DNA of 20,000 bases from Albugo candida. Lineage: Eukaryota. Shown here one piece after another: positions 9,373-18,395 of this stretch. Position 1 is the first letter of the stretch; each line of letters opens with the position of its first letter. The DNA lies in contig JBDOQK010000062.1 of the NCBI GenBank assembly GCA_040437565.1, positions 179,985 to 199,984 on the forward strand, written 5' to 3'. Below the pieces are notes generated by a model. That model did no database searches. It was not told the origin of the DNA and was given only the letters and a program-made list of their open reading frames with translations. The position numbers and the translations under genes were made by a program.

Positions 9373-9663
9373 GTACCATGCAATATTCGTCACAATCTGG
9401 CTTTATAAAAGAACGGCAAATGTCTCGAGTACCTCGCACCTCCTTTAGTACCGTACCTACACGCGTAGTCATCCATGGTGGGTACCATTGGTACGTGCCA
9501 GCATGGCCTTTAATACTAACTCCAAGTGTACCAATTCGGCGTCGAGACAACCGTGCCACAAGAGGGTACCTCGAGGTCTTTTCGCGTGCAACATTCAAGC
9601 TTCGCCCCACTGGCGGCTCTTCTCTATCCCACATTATCACAAACGGCACAGCATGCTGCGTAC
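9373..9663. promoter_or_regulatory. Cluster of nine GTAC motifs (eight GTACC on one or both strands) upstream of the RWP-RK gene
   Basis: GTAC at 9373, 9429, 9448, 9453, 9482, 9491, 9528, 9566 and 9660. A regulatory function is inferred only. Confidence 0.3.
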
Positions 9664-9784
9664 ATTCCCATATCCCATGTATCATTGATTCTGAATCCTA
9701 AGCCTTATTAACCCTTTTGCATTAATCGAACCTGTTCGACAGCGAAACGCATTCGATTTTGCATACAAACATCAAGTCAAGCTG

Positions 9785-10720
9785 ATGAATTCGACCGGGT
9801 CAGACTATGGAACCAATGAACAAAGTCTTTCCACTGCAACATCTGATAAAGATCGGTACGAACAATGCACACAGTACGAGCATTCGGAGCTACAAGAATC
9901 AGCATGCACATTGAGGTCAAAGAAGCGAAGATTGATTCGCAACATGGAGGTGGCACAATGGAATGAAGCTGATGATGGATACCATTCTAGCACGTCTTCT
10001 GATGCGACACATATAAATACCCTTACCAATATGTCCAATTTGGAACACTTGGCCGTTGCATCAAATGCATTTATTGCAACACAGAGCTTTCAAGAAGAGG
10101 AAGAAAAAGAATATGCAACTGGAGAACAATCGATGGGAAGGGCATTTCGACTGGAAAAGGGCGCTGCTACGGCTCAATACATCACAGTCGATATGCTGCG
10201 ACCGCATTTTGACAAGCCGCTAAATGATGTTGCAAAGATTTTTGGGATTTGCTCGACTCTGATGAAAAAAGTCTGTCGCCGCTTACAAATTCGCAAATGG
10301 CCATATCGTCAAATCTTATCGTTACGGAGGAGCGTCGTGTCGATGAAGAAGCAAGTTGATTACTTTGACGGTGAGCGGAAAGTGGTCTACAGCGATCAAA
10401 TGAATAAGCAACAAAGGAAGTTGGATCATTTGTTGCGTACGGGGAATGCGCTGGAGGAAAGTGGTGGATGCTCACGACTTACCAATAGTGAACAGTATCG
10501 ACTTCCACGGTATATTGAAACCACAACTCACTCCGTAAACCAAGAAAGTCTCACTCATCAGTCAGCTTATGGAACCGCATCCGCTTTACTGAACAATGAG
10601 AGTGAGGTGCGGCCAATATTACCTTCAATTTCGTACTTGCTTAACAGACAGCATCACGATAACAGCAGTGATGAACCGGATTCGGTACCGTTTCCATTAC
10701 ATAGTGATCATACATTTTAG
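9785..10720 (+). CDS. RWP-RK domain transcription factor, 311 aa
   Basis: ITVDMLRPHFDKPLNDVAKIFGICSTLMKKVCRRLQIRKWPYRQILSL (about 10181-10325) matches the RWP-RK domain pattern and is followed by a short coiled coil. Confidence 0.9.
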   Translation: MNSTGSDYGTNEQSLSTATSDKDRYEQCTQYEHSELQESACTLRSKKRRLIRNMEVAQWNEADDGYHSSTSSDATHINTLTNMSNLEHLAVASNAFIATQSFQEEEEKEYATGEQSMGRAFRLEKGAATAQYITVDMLRPHFDKPLNDVAKIFGICSTLMKKVCRRLQIRKWPYRQILSLRRSVVSMKKQVDYFDGERKVVYSDQMNKQQRKLDHLLRTGNALEESGGCSRLTNSEQYRLPRYIETTTHSVNQESLTHQSAYGTASALLNNESEVRPILPSISYLLNRQHHDNSSDEPDSVPFPLHSDHTF

Positions 10721-10919
10721 CAGTAAGATCCACTCGCACCCCTGTAAGGTAATATAACTGCAAAGCGTGCGCGAGTTACTATCTAGTGTAAAAAGTATCT
10801 CAATTAAGTCACGTCGCACCACCACAAAGTCTACTCATGAGTGGGTGCAGCGTTTAGCACCTCAATGTGTCTCCCTGAGACGTTAGCTCTTCCACCCTGA
10901 TGTTACAATTATAGTAGGA

Positions 10920-11796
10920 ATGAGTCATGTCATTATGACTGATACTATGCGGCAAGGAAGAATGCTGATTTATCTCATCAGTGAGGGTTAACTAACCCTT
11001 CTTTGCAAGTCTGAATCCCTCTTTCCGTCATGTTGTAATGAGTCAACTTTTCGACATAATGTAGAAGGTGAGTGAAATAGTTTTCGTATTTCGAATACCG
11101 ATATTCATTGACCTCTATAAATAGTCGTCATGTATTCATTCTCTATACCGCTACCCTCCTACGACTCACACGCGATATTGGACAATTTCAATAGGCAACC
11201 GTCATTAGGAGTGACTCAATAACTCAAAAAACTCATATAACTAGTCGCTATGGCGTTCTCAAGCACATAAGCTGTCGTGTCTACACCGTCGAGAGCTGAA
11301 CTCACATATCTATAGAATACATCTCAAAGTAAACGAACTCGGACGAATTTATTACGATAGAGAGATGAAAGTTTGTCCAAGTGGACATGGGACACAGAAG
11401 TGTCCTCATCAGGACTCAATACTCGCTCTACCAAATCATCGAAAATCCTCATACCATCTACGTGCACCAAACCTGTACATTCGAATTCACACTCTACAGC
11501 CTTTGAAAAACTCACATTCACTTGACAACTCGCGAGTCTATGAGAAATCGTTTCGTTATATCACGTACGTGACGGTATGTGTTTCCTATTTCTGCCATTG
11601 AGATCGAACTCGGTAGGATTAGGCAATACGCAATTGTCAAAATTCTCACCGGCCGCCAAACTTTTACGCGGCGTTTGAATAAATTCGGCAGTGGACCGAG
11701 GCTTCGGAAGCGAAATGAACGAGATAGGATAGACTACTGCTAAAGGTAGAGCGCGTTTCCCATAAAGTGAGCAGGACACGTGATCGCATGAGTCAT
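10920..11796. promoter_or_regulatory. Cluster of AP-1/GCN4-like TGA(G/C)TCA sites in the intergenic region upstream of the Rab-like gene
   Basis: Perfect sites at 10921, 11039, 11212 and 11789 (two as full ATGAGTCAT), plus several one-mismatch copies. Confidence 0.35.
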
Positions 11797-12248
11797 AAGG
11801 ATAAGACGTAGCTTTAGAACGAGAAATAACGAATATGCGAGATCGAGACTGTGAATTCATTTCTTTCGATTGCATACAAACAAATATTTAAACTGTCGAT
11901 ATAGTGGTACAATAATTCATGCCAAATGACTTTACATCTCATACTGAAATCTTCCCAAAGCGTGTATGAGATCGTGCGACTCGATTTATTTTTGGGCTTT
12001 TCGTCGTCTGATTATTTTGAGATTGTCAGCATGTATTGGTATAGCATCACCTTCTATGGTATATCGATTCACGTAGGTATATTCCGATACAGCATTTCGT
12101 TTCTCACAATCCAATTGAACAGGTATTCAGGTTTCAGAATATCAATCGCATAGGTTGCGCAAGTGTTTTATGATCTTTTCGCCAAGATCCAAAACATATT
12201 TTGGGGTTCAAGAATGAAAATGCGACAACGATTATACCCTCAGTAAAG

Positions 12249-12264
12249 TCTCACTTTGCATTTT
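12249..12264 (+). promoter_or_regulatory. Oomycete-type Inr+FPR core promoter candidate
   Basis: TCTCACTTTGCATTTT resembles the oomycete core-promoter consensus GCTCATTYBNNNWTTY and lies about 100 nt upstream of ATG 12350. Confidence 0.5.
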
Positions 12265-12349
12265 CACATCGACATCGCAATTTGTTTGCATTCATAACAC
12301 AACAAACCGTTCTAAACCGCGGTACATCTTCACAAGTGCTTTCACGACC

Positions 12350-13275
12350 ATGAACATTACCACAGCTTACAAAAATAGCTTTAGTGTGATTCCAATGCGT
12401 TCCAAAAGAAATGTATGCGCTGTTCGCAAAGGTAAGCTATCTATTCCCCATGCATTCGCCACAGTATCACTAACCGCACACTTGTAGTAATCTTTCTTGG
12501 CGATCGTAATGTTGGCAAAACAAGCCTCCTGTTATCCATGGTGAGCGGGAAAGGAGTTGTGGACGCGGCCAAATCAGAACTCATCGGAACTGATTATTTG
12601 TATAAAGTCGCCGAGTGTAACCAACAGGTGCCTATCAAAGTGCAATTGTGGGATTCTGCGGGTCAGGATCGACATGGACCAGAAGGATTGAGTCGAACAT
12701 ATCTGCGTCACGCTCACGGTGCAGTTCTTGTGTATGATGTGACGGATCGACAGTCAATGCTCAAGGTATTTCAGTGGACCAGCACTTTACTCCGAGAGTA
12801 TCAGAATCAGCCTTTTACGCTCCTTCTTGTTGCCAATAAGACAGACTGTCCCCGATGTAAACGCATTATAACCACAGAGGAGGGACAACGAATTGCTTAT
12901 GGTATTGGAGCACAGTATGTTGAGTGTTCGGCCACGAATGCTGCTCTCACACAAAACGCATTTAACCGATTAGCCGAAAATTTGAATTCTTCTCACATTT
13001 GGAGACAAAACGGATTGAGAGTGGTTACGGCTTTGTGGCTCGCTTCGATAAATAGCAAAGTGTGTCCATTGGGCTCTTTCCATACACGTTCGCAATCCAA
13101 TTTGAGAGACGACATGCCGGTACCATACGCTCGAAGGCATTCGATTAATTGTCCGGAAATGGTGACCAAAGTGCCTTCTCGGTTGATGAAGTTTGCCCGT
13201 ACGTCTCCACCAAAAGTATTAGGTACAAATTTATTCTCGTTTTTTCGGCATGATTACTGCAATTTATTGTCGTAA
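12350..13275 (+). CDS. Divergent Rab-like small GTPase, 289 aa; exons 12350-12431, 12488-13275
   Basis: Intron 12432-12487 (GTAAGC...CACTAAC...TAG, 56 nt) restores KVIFLGDRNVGKTS (P-loop). Also IGTDY, VQLWDSAGQD, VLVYDVT, LLVANKTD and YVECSAT. Confidence 0.85.
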
Positions 13276-14043
13276 ATAAGCGGCTCTCGCGGTTATTAAA
13301 TAATTACACGTTTTTGCCACATTTTTAGGCTTTCTATCCCGGGAATCTTGACAAATGCGATAAAGTGAAAAGTGCCTGAACCTGATGATAGTTCTAGAGT
13401 GCGGTACGGTACAGGTGTCAATAGACCAGTCTTATCAAGGCAATGAGGCGAAACGCAGACGCCACAGGTAGTACTCTTGATACACCAGATTCTCTACTAC
13501 GTTACGCATCACTGTACAAGCACGAATCAAGGCGAACTTAACGATGGGAGTAATTGACTTCGAGAGCTCTTTCGAGTCATTTGATTGACTTCTTGTTACT
13601 CAGTCACTTCTAACTAAGATCATTGGGGTGCGTGTTTTGATACGAAATCGCGATCTTGTCCTACTCGTGTAGTACTTTATCCCACTGTGGGGCTGTCTAC
13701 TTTTGAATATCCATTCATAATGCAGCTTGACGTTAACCTTTCTGACAACTTAATCTTCGCATTTGCGTGAGCAACTTCTTTAAGTTACAAAACGGAAAAA
13801 TAGGATGCGCCAAGTCAGTAGGAATGGAATGTTTCACCGCTTTTGGCTCCGGCAGCCACTCATATAATTTTTCCGCGGAAATGTCGCATGACTGTGTTCC
13901 GAAGTGTGAGGTCGCTTCATTTTTCTCTGCTCAAGGCGATCTTTCGAAGCGTTCCGTAAAAAGTATGCTGAAATTGAAGAGAAGCAACTGGCTTTTATGA
14001 AACTTCCATTTTTTCTCGAATTTTATTCCTTCTCTGCACAGGA

Positions 14044-14519
14044 TTCTGCCAGTTAGACATTTGCTTCGTACTTGTCAAGTTGATTTGGGAACCCTTCGGC
14101 CACACTGACCATGAGTCCACAGAAACTCGCGGTCAAAGGTACGACGCACACGTTATTGTCTTACTCAACAGTTTAATAAGTTGCGTTTTAGTGTTAAAGC
14201 TTCAAGGGATCGGGTCAGATGGAACTAAAGGNNNNNNNNNNNNNNNNNNNNNNNNNNNNNNNNNNNNNNNNNNNNNNNNNNNNNNNNNNNNNNNNNNNNN
14301 NNNNNNNNNNNNNNNNNNNNNNNNNNNNNNNTTCTGCCAGTTAGACATTTGCTTCGTACTTGTCAAGTTGATTTGGGAACCCTTCGGCCACACTGACCAT
14401 GAGTCCACAGAAACTCGCGGTCAAAGGTACGACGCACACGTTATTGTCTTACTCAACAGTTTAATAAGTTGCGTTTTAGTGTTAAAGCTTCAAGGGATCG
14501 GGTCAGATGGAACTAAAGG
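14044..14519. other. Scaffold gap (14232-14331) with duplicated flanks 14044-14231 = 14332-14519; duplicates exons 1-2 of the C2 gene
   Basis: 188-bp apparently identical duplication. Confidence 0.95.
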
Positions 14520-15517
14520 TTTGTCAAAGCCTGTGGCTTAAACAACATTTGTTATAACAGATATTGTAGCGCTCCATCTTGCAGTTCGGTTGCATTTATG
14601 CGGAAGTACACAGACCACTAAAGTGAGCACCACACACGAGTACAATGAGCAATTTCACTTGTAAGTTCGTCGAATTACAACTTAGTGTTATCTGACATTT
14701 CGATCGCAAAATCAGTGAGTTGAGGGGAAAAAATAAGGAAGACACAATGCGAGTTGAGGTATTGAGGGGGAAAAAAACAATCGGGTCAAAGGCTCTCAAG
14801 TTGGACGATTTACTTCAATTGATTCCTAATATGATGGAAGTGAAAGTGGAGCTGGTTGATTTGAGCACAACTGCAGTCATTACAATGGAAATCGGTGACG
14901 ATTGTCCAACTCCTCAAGATAACAGTGAGGCAGAAGTGGTACAAACGTCTCAAGTCAGTAGAGAGAAACCTGAGGATAAAGAGCCAAAGGAGAGTCCCTG
15001 CACCTCAATGATATCGCAACCTACTCCGCGACCTTGGTTTATGCGGTTAACGTACTACTACGACGCTACGAAACGGTTGTACAATTACTCAACAAGCTTC
15101 CCAGTCGTCAATAGTGTCGCCCGCTTTGGCGAATCCACGACTGATATGGTTCTAAAGCGTATCAGTGGGAAGACATTGATGGATCTGGATAAGGAGGGAT
15201 TAATGCCGCTGCTGTCACTATTAGACGATTCCGTGGATCAAGTATTAGCAACTGCACTACTCACGGTCGCACAAAGTCAATCCTATATCGTGCACAAGAA
15301 AGACGTCGTGGCCGAAACGATATCACACGTGGCTCATAAGTCTGTTTCAACTATCACCGATACAGCAGAGAATGCTATCCAAATAGTTTGCAAGGCCAAA
15401 AATTACACAACCACTCAAATTATCAACGTATCGTCCAGTGTGTATACTGGAGTGTATGGTACCACTCTATCGATTGTCAGCCATGTTCCGTATCTTGGCG
15501 CCAAGCTTCGGACGTAA
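14399..15517 (+). CDS. C2-domain protein with a perilipin-like amphipathic C-terminal half, about 322 aa; exons 14399-14426, 14480-14518, 14561-14660, 14716-15517
   Basis: Three GT-AG introns (53, 42 and 55 nt; an alternative in-frame acceptor at 14569 is possible) give MSPQKLAVKVLKLQGI...TQTTKVSTTHEYNEQFHFELR...MRVEVLRGKKTIGSKALKLDDL, a C2-fold pattern, in frame with ORF 14720-15517. Confidence 0.75.
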
Positions 15518-15567
15518 CGATTTTCTAACAATGGAAAAGGCTGAACGTCTTGAAGCTTGGCGCCAAG
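15494..15567. repeat. Inverted repeat (16-bp perfect arms, extendable to about 21 bp) spanning the stop codon of the C2 gene
   Basis: CTTGGCGCCAAGCTTC (15494-15509) is the reverse complement of GAAGCTTGGCGCCAAG (15552-15567). GACGT/ACGTC extends the stem. Confidence 0.85.
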
Positions 15568-15792
15568 TACAAGTAATGACATTATCAAACTTTTGATTTT
15601 ATGACGGTTTAAGGCTGAACGAAAGAAGTGATCCTGGACGGTGTTGTGGTTTACGTGAGAACGATGTTCAAGTGAAACGATCTACTTGGCACAACGAATG
15701 ATAGTTGATGGCCGCAGATAAGCTCGGATTTGCATTGATTATTGTCGAAGCGTATTTTTATTGAATAAAATTTGATTTTAAACATTGTCGTG

Positions 15793-16962
15793 TCAGCCTC
15801 GTGGAATTGTTCGGATTCGAAGGTCGAAATGTATTCCATCATTGTACCTTCTCGAGTGGACTTGAATTGTACGATTTAATTGCTTGCGTAGCAAAGGGAC
15901 AATTAATGTGAGAAAACCATCCTTCACCTCTGGCGACAATCTAGGTAATTCTATCCCCATAGGAAAATGACTTCCCGGCTCAACCATCTCCAAACTAGCT
16001 GTTTCGAGTTGTTCAAGTGATAGTTTTCCTAATACTTTCCTATCCACTTTATCGTTCACAACATGAGCAAGCCATAGGCGAAGATACTGCAGCTTGCGCG
16101 TGTTTGATGTCCATGTGAAGAGTACATATTGTACTTCAGGAGAGTCCAAGTCAAATGCTGGAGTCGGATGACGTATCCACTCTTCTGTCCACTCAGGCGT
16201 ACTATCCTTCACTGTGACTATCACTGATACATCTCCATCACGATCGGGTTGTGTCTCACGAGCTTCGTCTTGTGTATTTTGCTTTATTAGATCGACGAGT
16301 AAACGATTTTCGTCTTCCAAATCACATATTCGCTCTTCGCATTTCCAATTATCGGTTTTGAGCTTTGCTATTTCCTGTTCTTGCTCACGTACCACTTCCA
16401 TCAATTCATTACATTCGACTTTGTGTTGCTGCTGTATAGCAATAAGACTCTTTTTCATGATTAATAATTCATTCTCATACAGTTTGGTCTTTTGCGTCAA
16501 GACCGCCACTTCTTCGTTACCATCCGTGACGTCGACTTGATCATTTTGTAATTTAGTAAAAGTCGACTTGGAAGGTGAATGGCGTGATAATTTCTCTACT
16601 TGTCGAAGCGCCTGTAACTTTTCCGCTCTCAAATGACAGATTATCTCTTCGGCGTTCAATAGATCGTCTTCCAGTTGTACTATTCTATCTTCTGCTGCTT
16701 TCAATTCAACTTCTGCTGTCACTGCATCGTTATTTTCTATCGTGTTTTCTGTCTCTGACTCTGTCGAATTACTCCTTTCTCGCTCTTTTGTTTGGGGCAA
16801 TTCAGAGTGGTATTGAAACTCTCTCGCTACTATAGACGTACATTCGCTGTTATCCGTACCTTCACCTTTTCTGGAAGCATTTAAGCGGTCAACCAAACCG
16901 TTTTTTTGCCACATTTCTGCTGAAATGTTACTTTGTCTTACGAACCAATCACTTGTCTTCAT
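15793..16962 (-). CDS. Hypothetical coiled-coil protein with a globular C-terminal domain, 389 aa
   Basis: Long ATG-initiated ORF. Heptad-rich E/K/Q/L segments at about aa 75-230, and an aromatic/hydrophobic C-terminal region (PAFDLDSPEVQYVLFTW...YLRLWL...DGFLTLIVPLL). Confidence 0.8.
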   Translation of the reverse strand: MKTSDWFVRQSNISAEMWQKNGLVDRLNASRKGEGTDNSECTSIVAREFQYHSELPQTKERERSNSTESETENTIENNDAVTAEVELKAAEDRIVQLEDDLLNAEEIICHLRAEKLQALRQVEKLSRHSPSKSTFTKLQNDQVDVTDGNEEVAVLTQKTKLYENELLIMKKSLIAIQQQHKVECNELMEVVREQEQEIAKLKTDNWKCEERICDLEDENRLLVDLIKQNTQDEARETQPDRDGDVSVIVTVKDSTPEWTEEWIRHPTPAFDLDSPEVQYVLFTWTSNTRKLQYLRLWLAHVVNDKVDRKVLGKLSLEQLETASLEMVEPGSHFPMGIELPRLSPEVKDGFLTLIVPLLRKQLNRTIQVHSRRYNDGIHFDLRIRTIPRG

Positions 16963-17105
16963 TCATGTATTTCATCCAATCCTTATTTTACACTGTTCAG
17001 TTTTGTTTCTTTTTTCGTTGATTACAACGCTCAATTTCATAATTAAAAGTATTACAATTCGGCGGACTTCATCGCTGACAGGAACCAACTAAGGCTTTTT
17101 AATTT

Positions 17106-18395
17106 CTATATAAAACCTTCATCCAAAATAGTTGCCTCCCTTGATACTGACTCATTTTCTGCGCTTGCTGCTGACTGAATTCTTTCCTCGCTATCCAGAG
17201 CAAGAGGATCACTTTCTTTCCGTATGATTGGTGTTTGATGTATCCATTGTGCTTCATTCTTTTGTGCGCGCTGTATTGTTACATACTTTTTTTCCGTTTT
17301 GGTCACATCTTCCCGTTTTAAGAAGTATTTGACGATCTCCACGAAGCCCAAATAAGAAGCATACATGACAGCCGAAAGTTGCAGCTGCTGTACGGGGGAG
17401 CGCATGTTATCGAATGATTGTGGTGCGATATCTTTGTAGATTACGTTCTCTTGCTTTCCCACTAACTCAGCCGGTGCTAGAGGCTTGACCAACTTTTCAG
17501 GATCGATGTTTCCAGTGTTTTTGTCCTCAGTAAGCGTCTCCACTTCTTCGCTATCTTGGCTTTTGTTGACGGTAGTCGCTGCAGAGATCGAACTGAATGG
17601 GAGAGCCGTCATGAACGAAGCAGTATCCAGCGGCAACGACACTTCCATACAAGCGTTGATATCACCATCATTCTGATCGATCTGCTCAACAATCTCCATA
17701 AACCGCTCAATGCTCCCCATACTATGACACACTGCAAAATGATATGGGTATCGTGTCAAATCTCCATGCACACCAAGCGCTCGAATTGGTACTAAGTTTT
17801 GACCATTTTCTTCTCGATACTTAATTGAATCATAAGCTATTTCAGAAGATAATGTCAGAGTTCCCGCCTCATTCAGGCAGCTTGTTGGAAGTTCATTCCG
17901 ACTACCTATTAACGTTGATGCAAACTCTGGTTGCAACTGTAGTTTGGGTCGATCTTGAAAATCGACTTCAAGTGCTGCTCCTCTTCCGATGAGTCCGTGA
18001 CGTTTACAGAAGCGAAAGTACCAGCCATACGACGCCTTGAATGGACCCAAATTGTGTTTCTGTGAGATCGATTTCGCTTTTTCTTGCACTAAAGAGGATG
18101 ATACTTTGATTTTTCTCTCCTTCAAGTCCATAATCCATGCAAGTAATTCATCTTCAAATTCGGCGTGCTTGGCGATACCTCCACGCCGACGATGATCGCG
18201 TTCTCGTAAACTTCCTTGTAGATATCTTTTCTTTATATCAAGACTGCGCTTCAATAAGCGAGAAATAGCAGCTGCACTAACTCCATAATCACGAGCACAT
18301 TTTGAATTTGTCATTTCAGAATTATTCTCAAAACATTCGATTATTTCAATGCGCTCGCGATCAGTAAGTCGTTTACCGGAGCCTCGTTTTCCCAT
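17106..18395 (-). CDS. CENP-B/pogo(Tc5)-type double helix-turn-helix DNA-binding protein lacking a DDE domain, with degenerate ankyrin-like repeats, 429 aa
   Basis: RLTDRERIEII...CARDYGVSAAAISRLLK (psq-type HTH) and EFEDELLAWI...VSSSLVQEKAK...FKASYGWYFRFCKRHGL (CENP-B HTH). No DDE catalytic motif is seen. Ankyrin-like SAVMYASYLGFVEIVKYFLK. Confidence 0.85.
   Translation of the reverse strand: MGKRGSGKRLTDRERIEIIECFENNSEMTNSKCARDYGVSAAAISRLLKRSLDIKKRYLQGSLRERDHRRRGGIAKHAEFEDELLAWIMDLKERKIKVSSSLVQEKAKSISQKHNLGPFKASYGWYFRFCKRHGLIGRGAALEVDFQDRPKLQLQPEFASTLIGSRNELPTSCLNEAGTLTLSSEIAYDSIKYREENGQNLVPIRALGVHGDLTRYPYHFAVCHSMGSIERFMEIVEQIDQNDGDINACMEVSLPLDTASFMTALPFSSISAATTVNKSQDSEEVETLTEDKNTGNIDPEKLVKPLAPAELVGKQENVIYKDIAPQSFDNMRSPVQQLQLSAVMYASYLGFVEIVKYFLKREDVTKTEKKYVTIQRAQKNEAQWIHQTPIIRKESDPLALDSEERIQSAASAENESVSREATILDEGFI

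Noticed and set aside
9272-9711. Overlapping ORFs of 137 aa (-) and 119 aa (+) between MON1 and RWP-RK
   Set aside because: No recognisable motifs or splice structure. More simply explained as UTR/promoter, though not excluded.
7571-13275. Functional Mon1-Rab7 gene cluster
   Set aside because: The nearby GTPase lacks Rab7 signatures, and gene adjacency in a compact eukaryotic genome is weak evidence.
17106-18395. Active pogo/Tc5 DNA transposon
   Set aside because: No DDE domain, and no terminal inverted repeats or target-site duplication identified.
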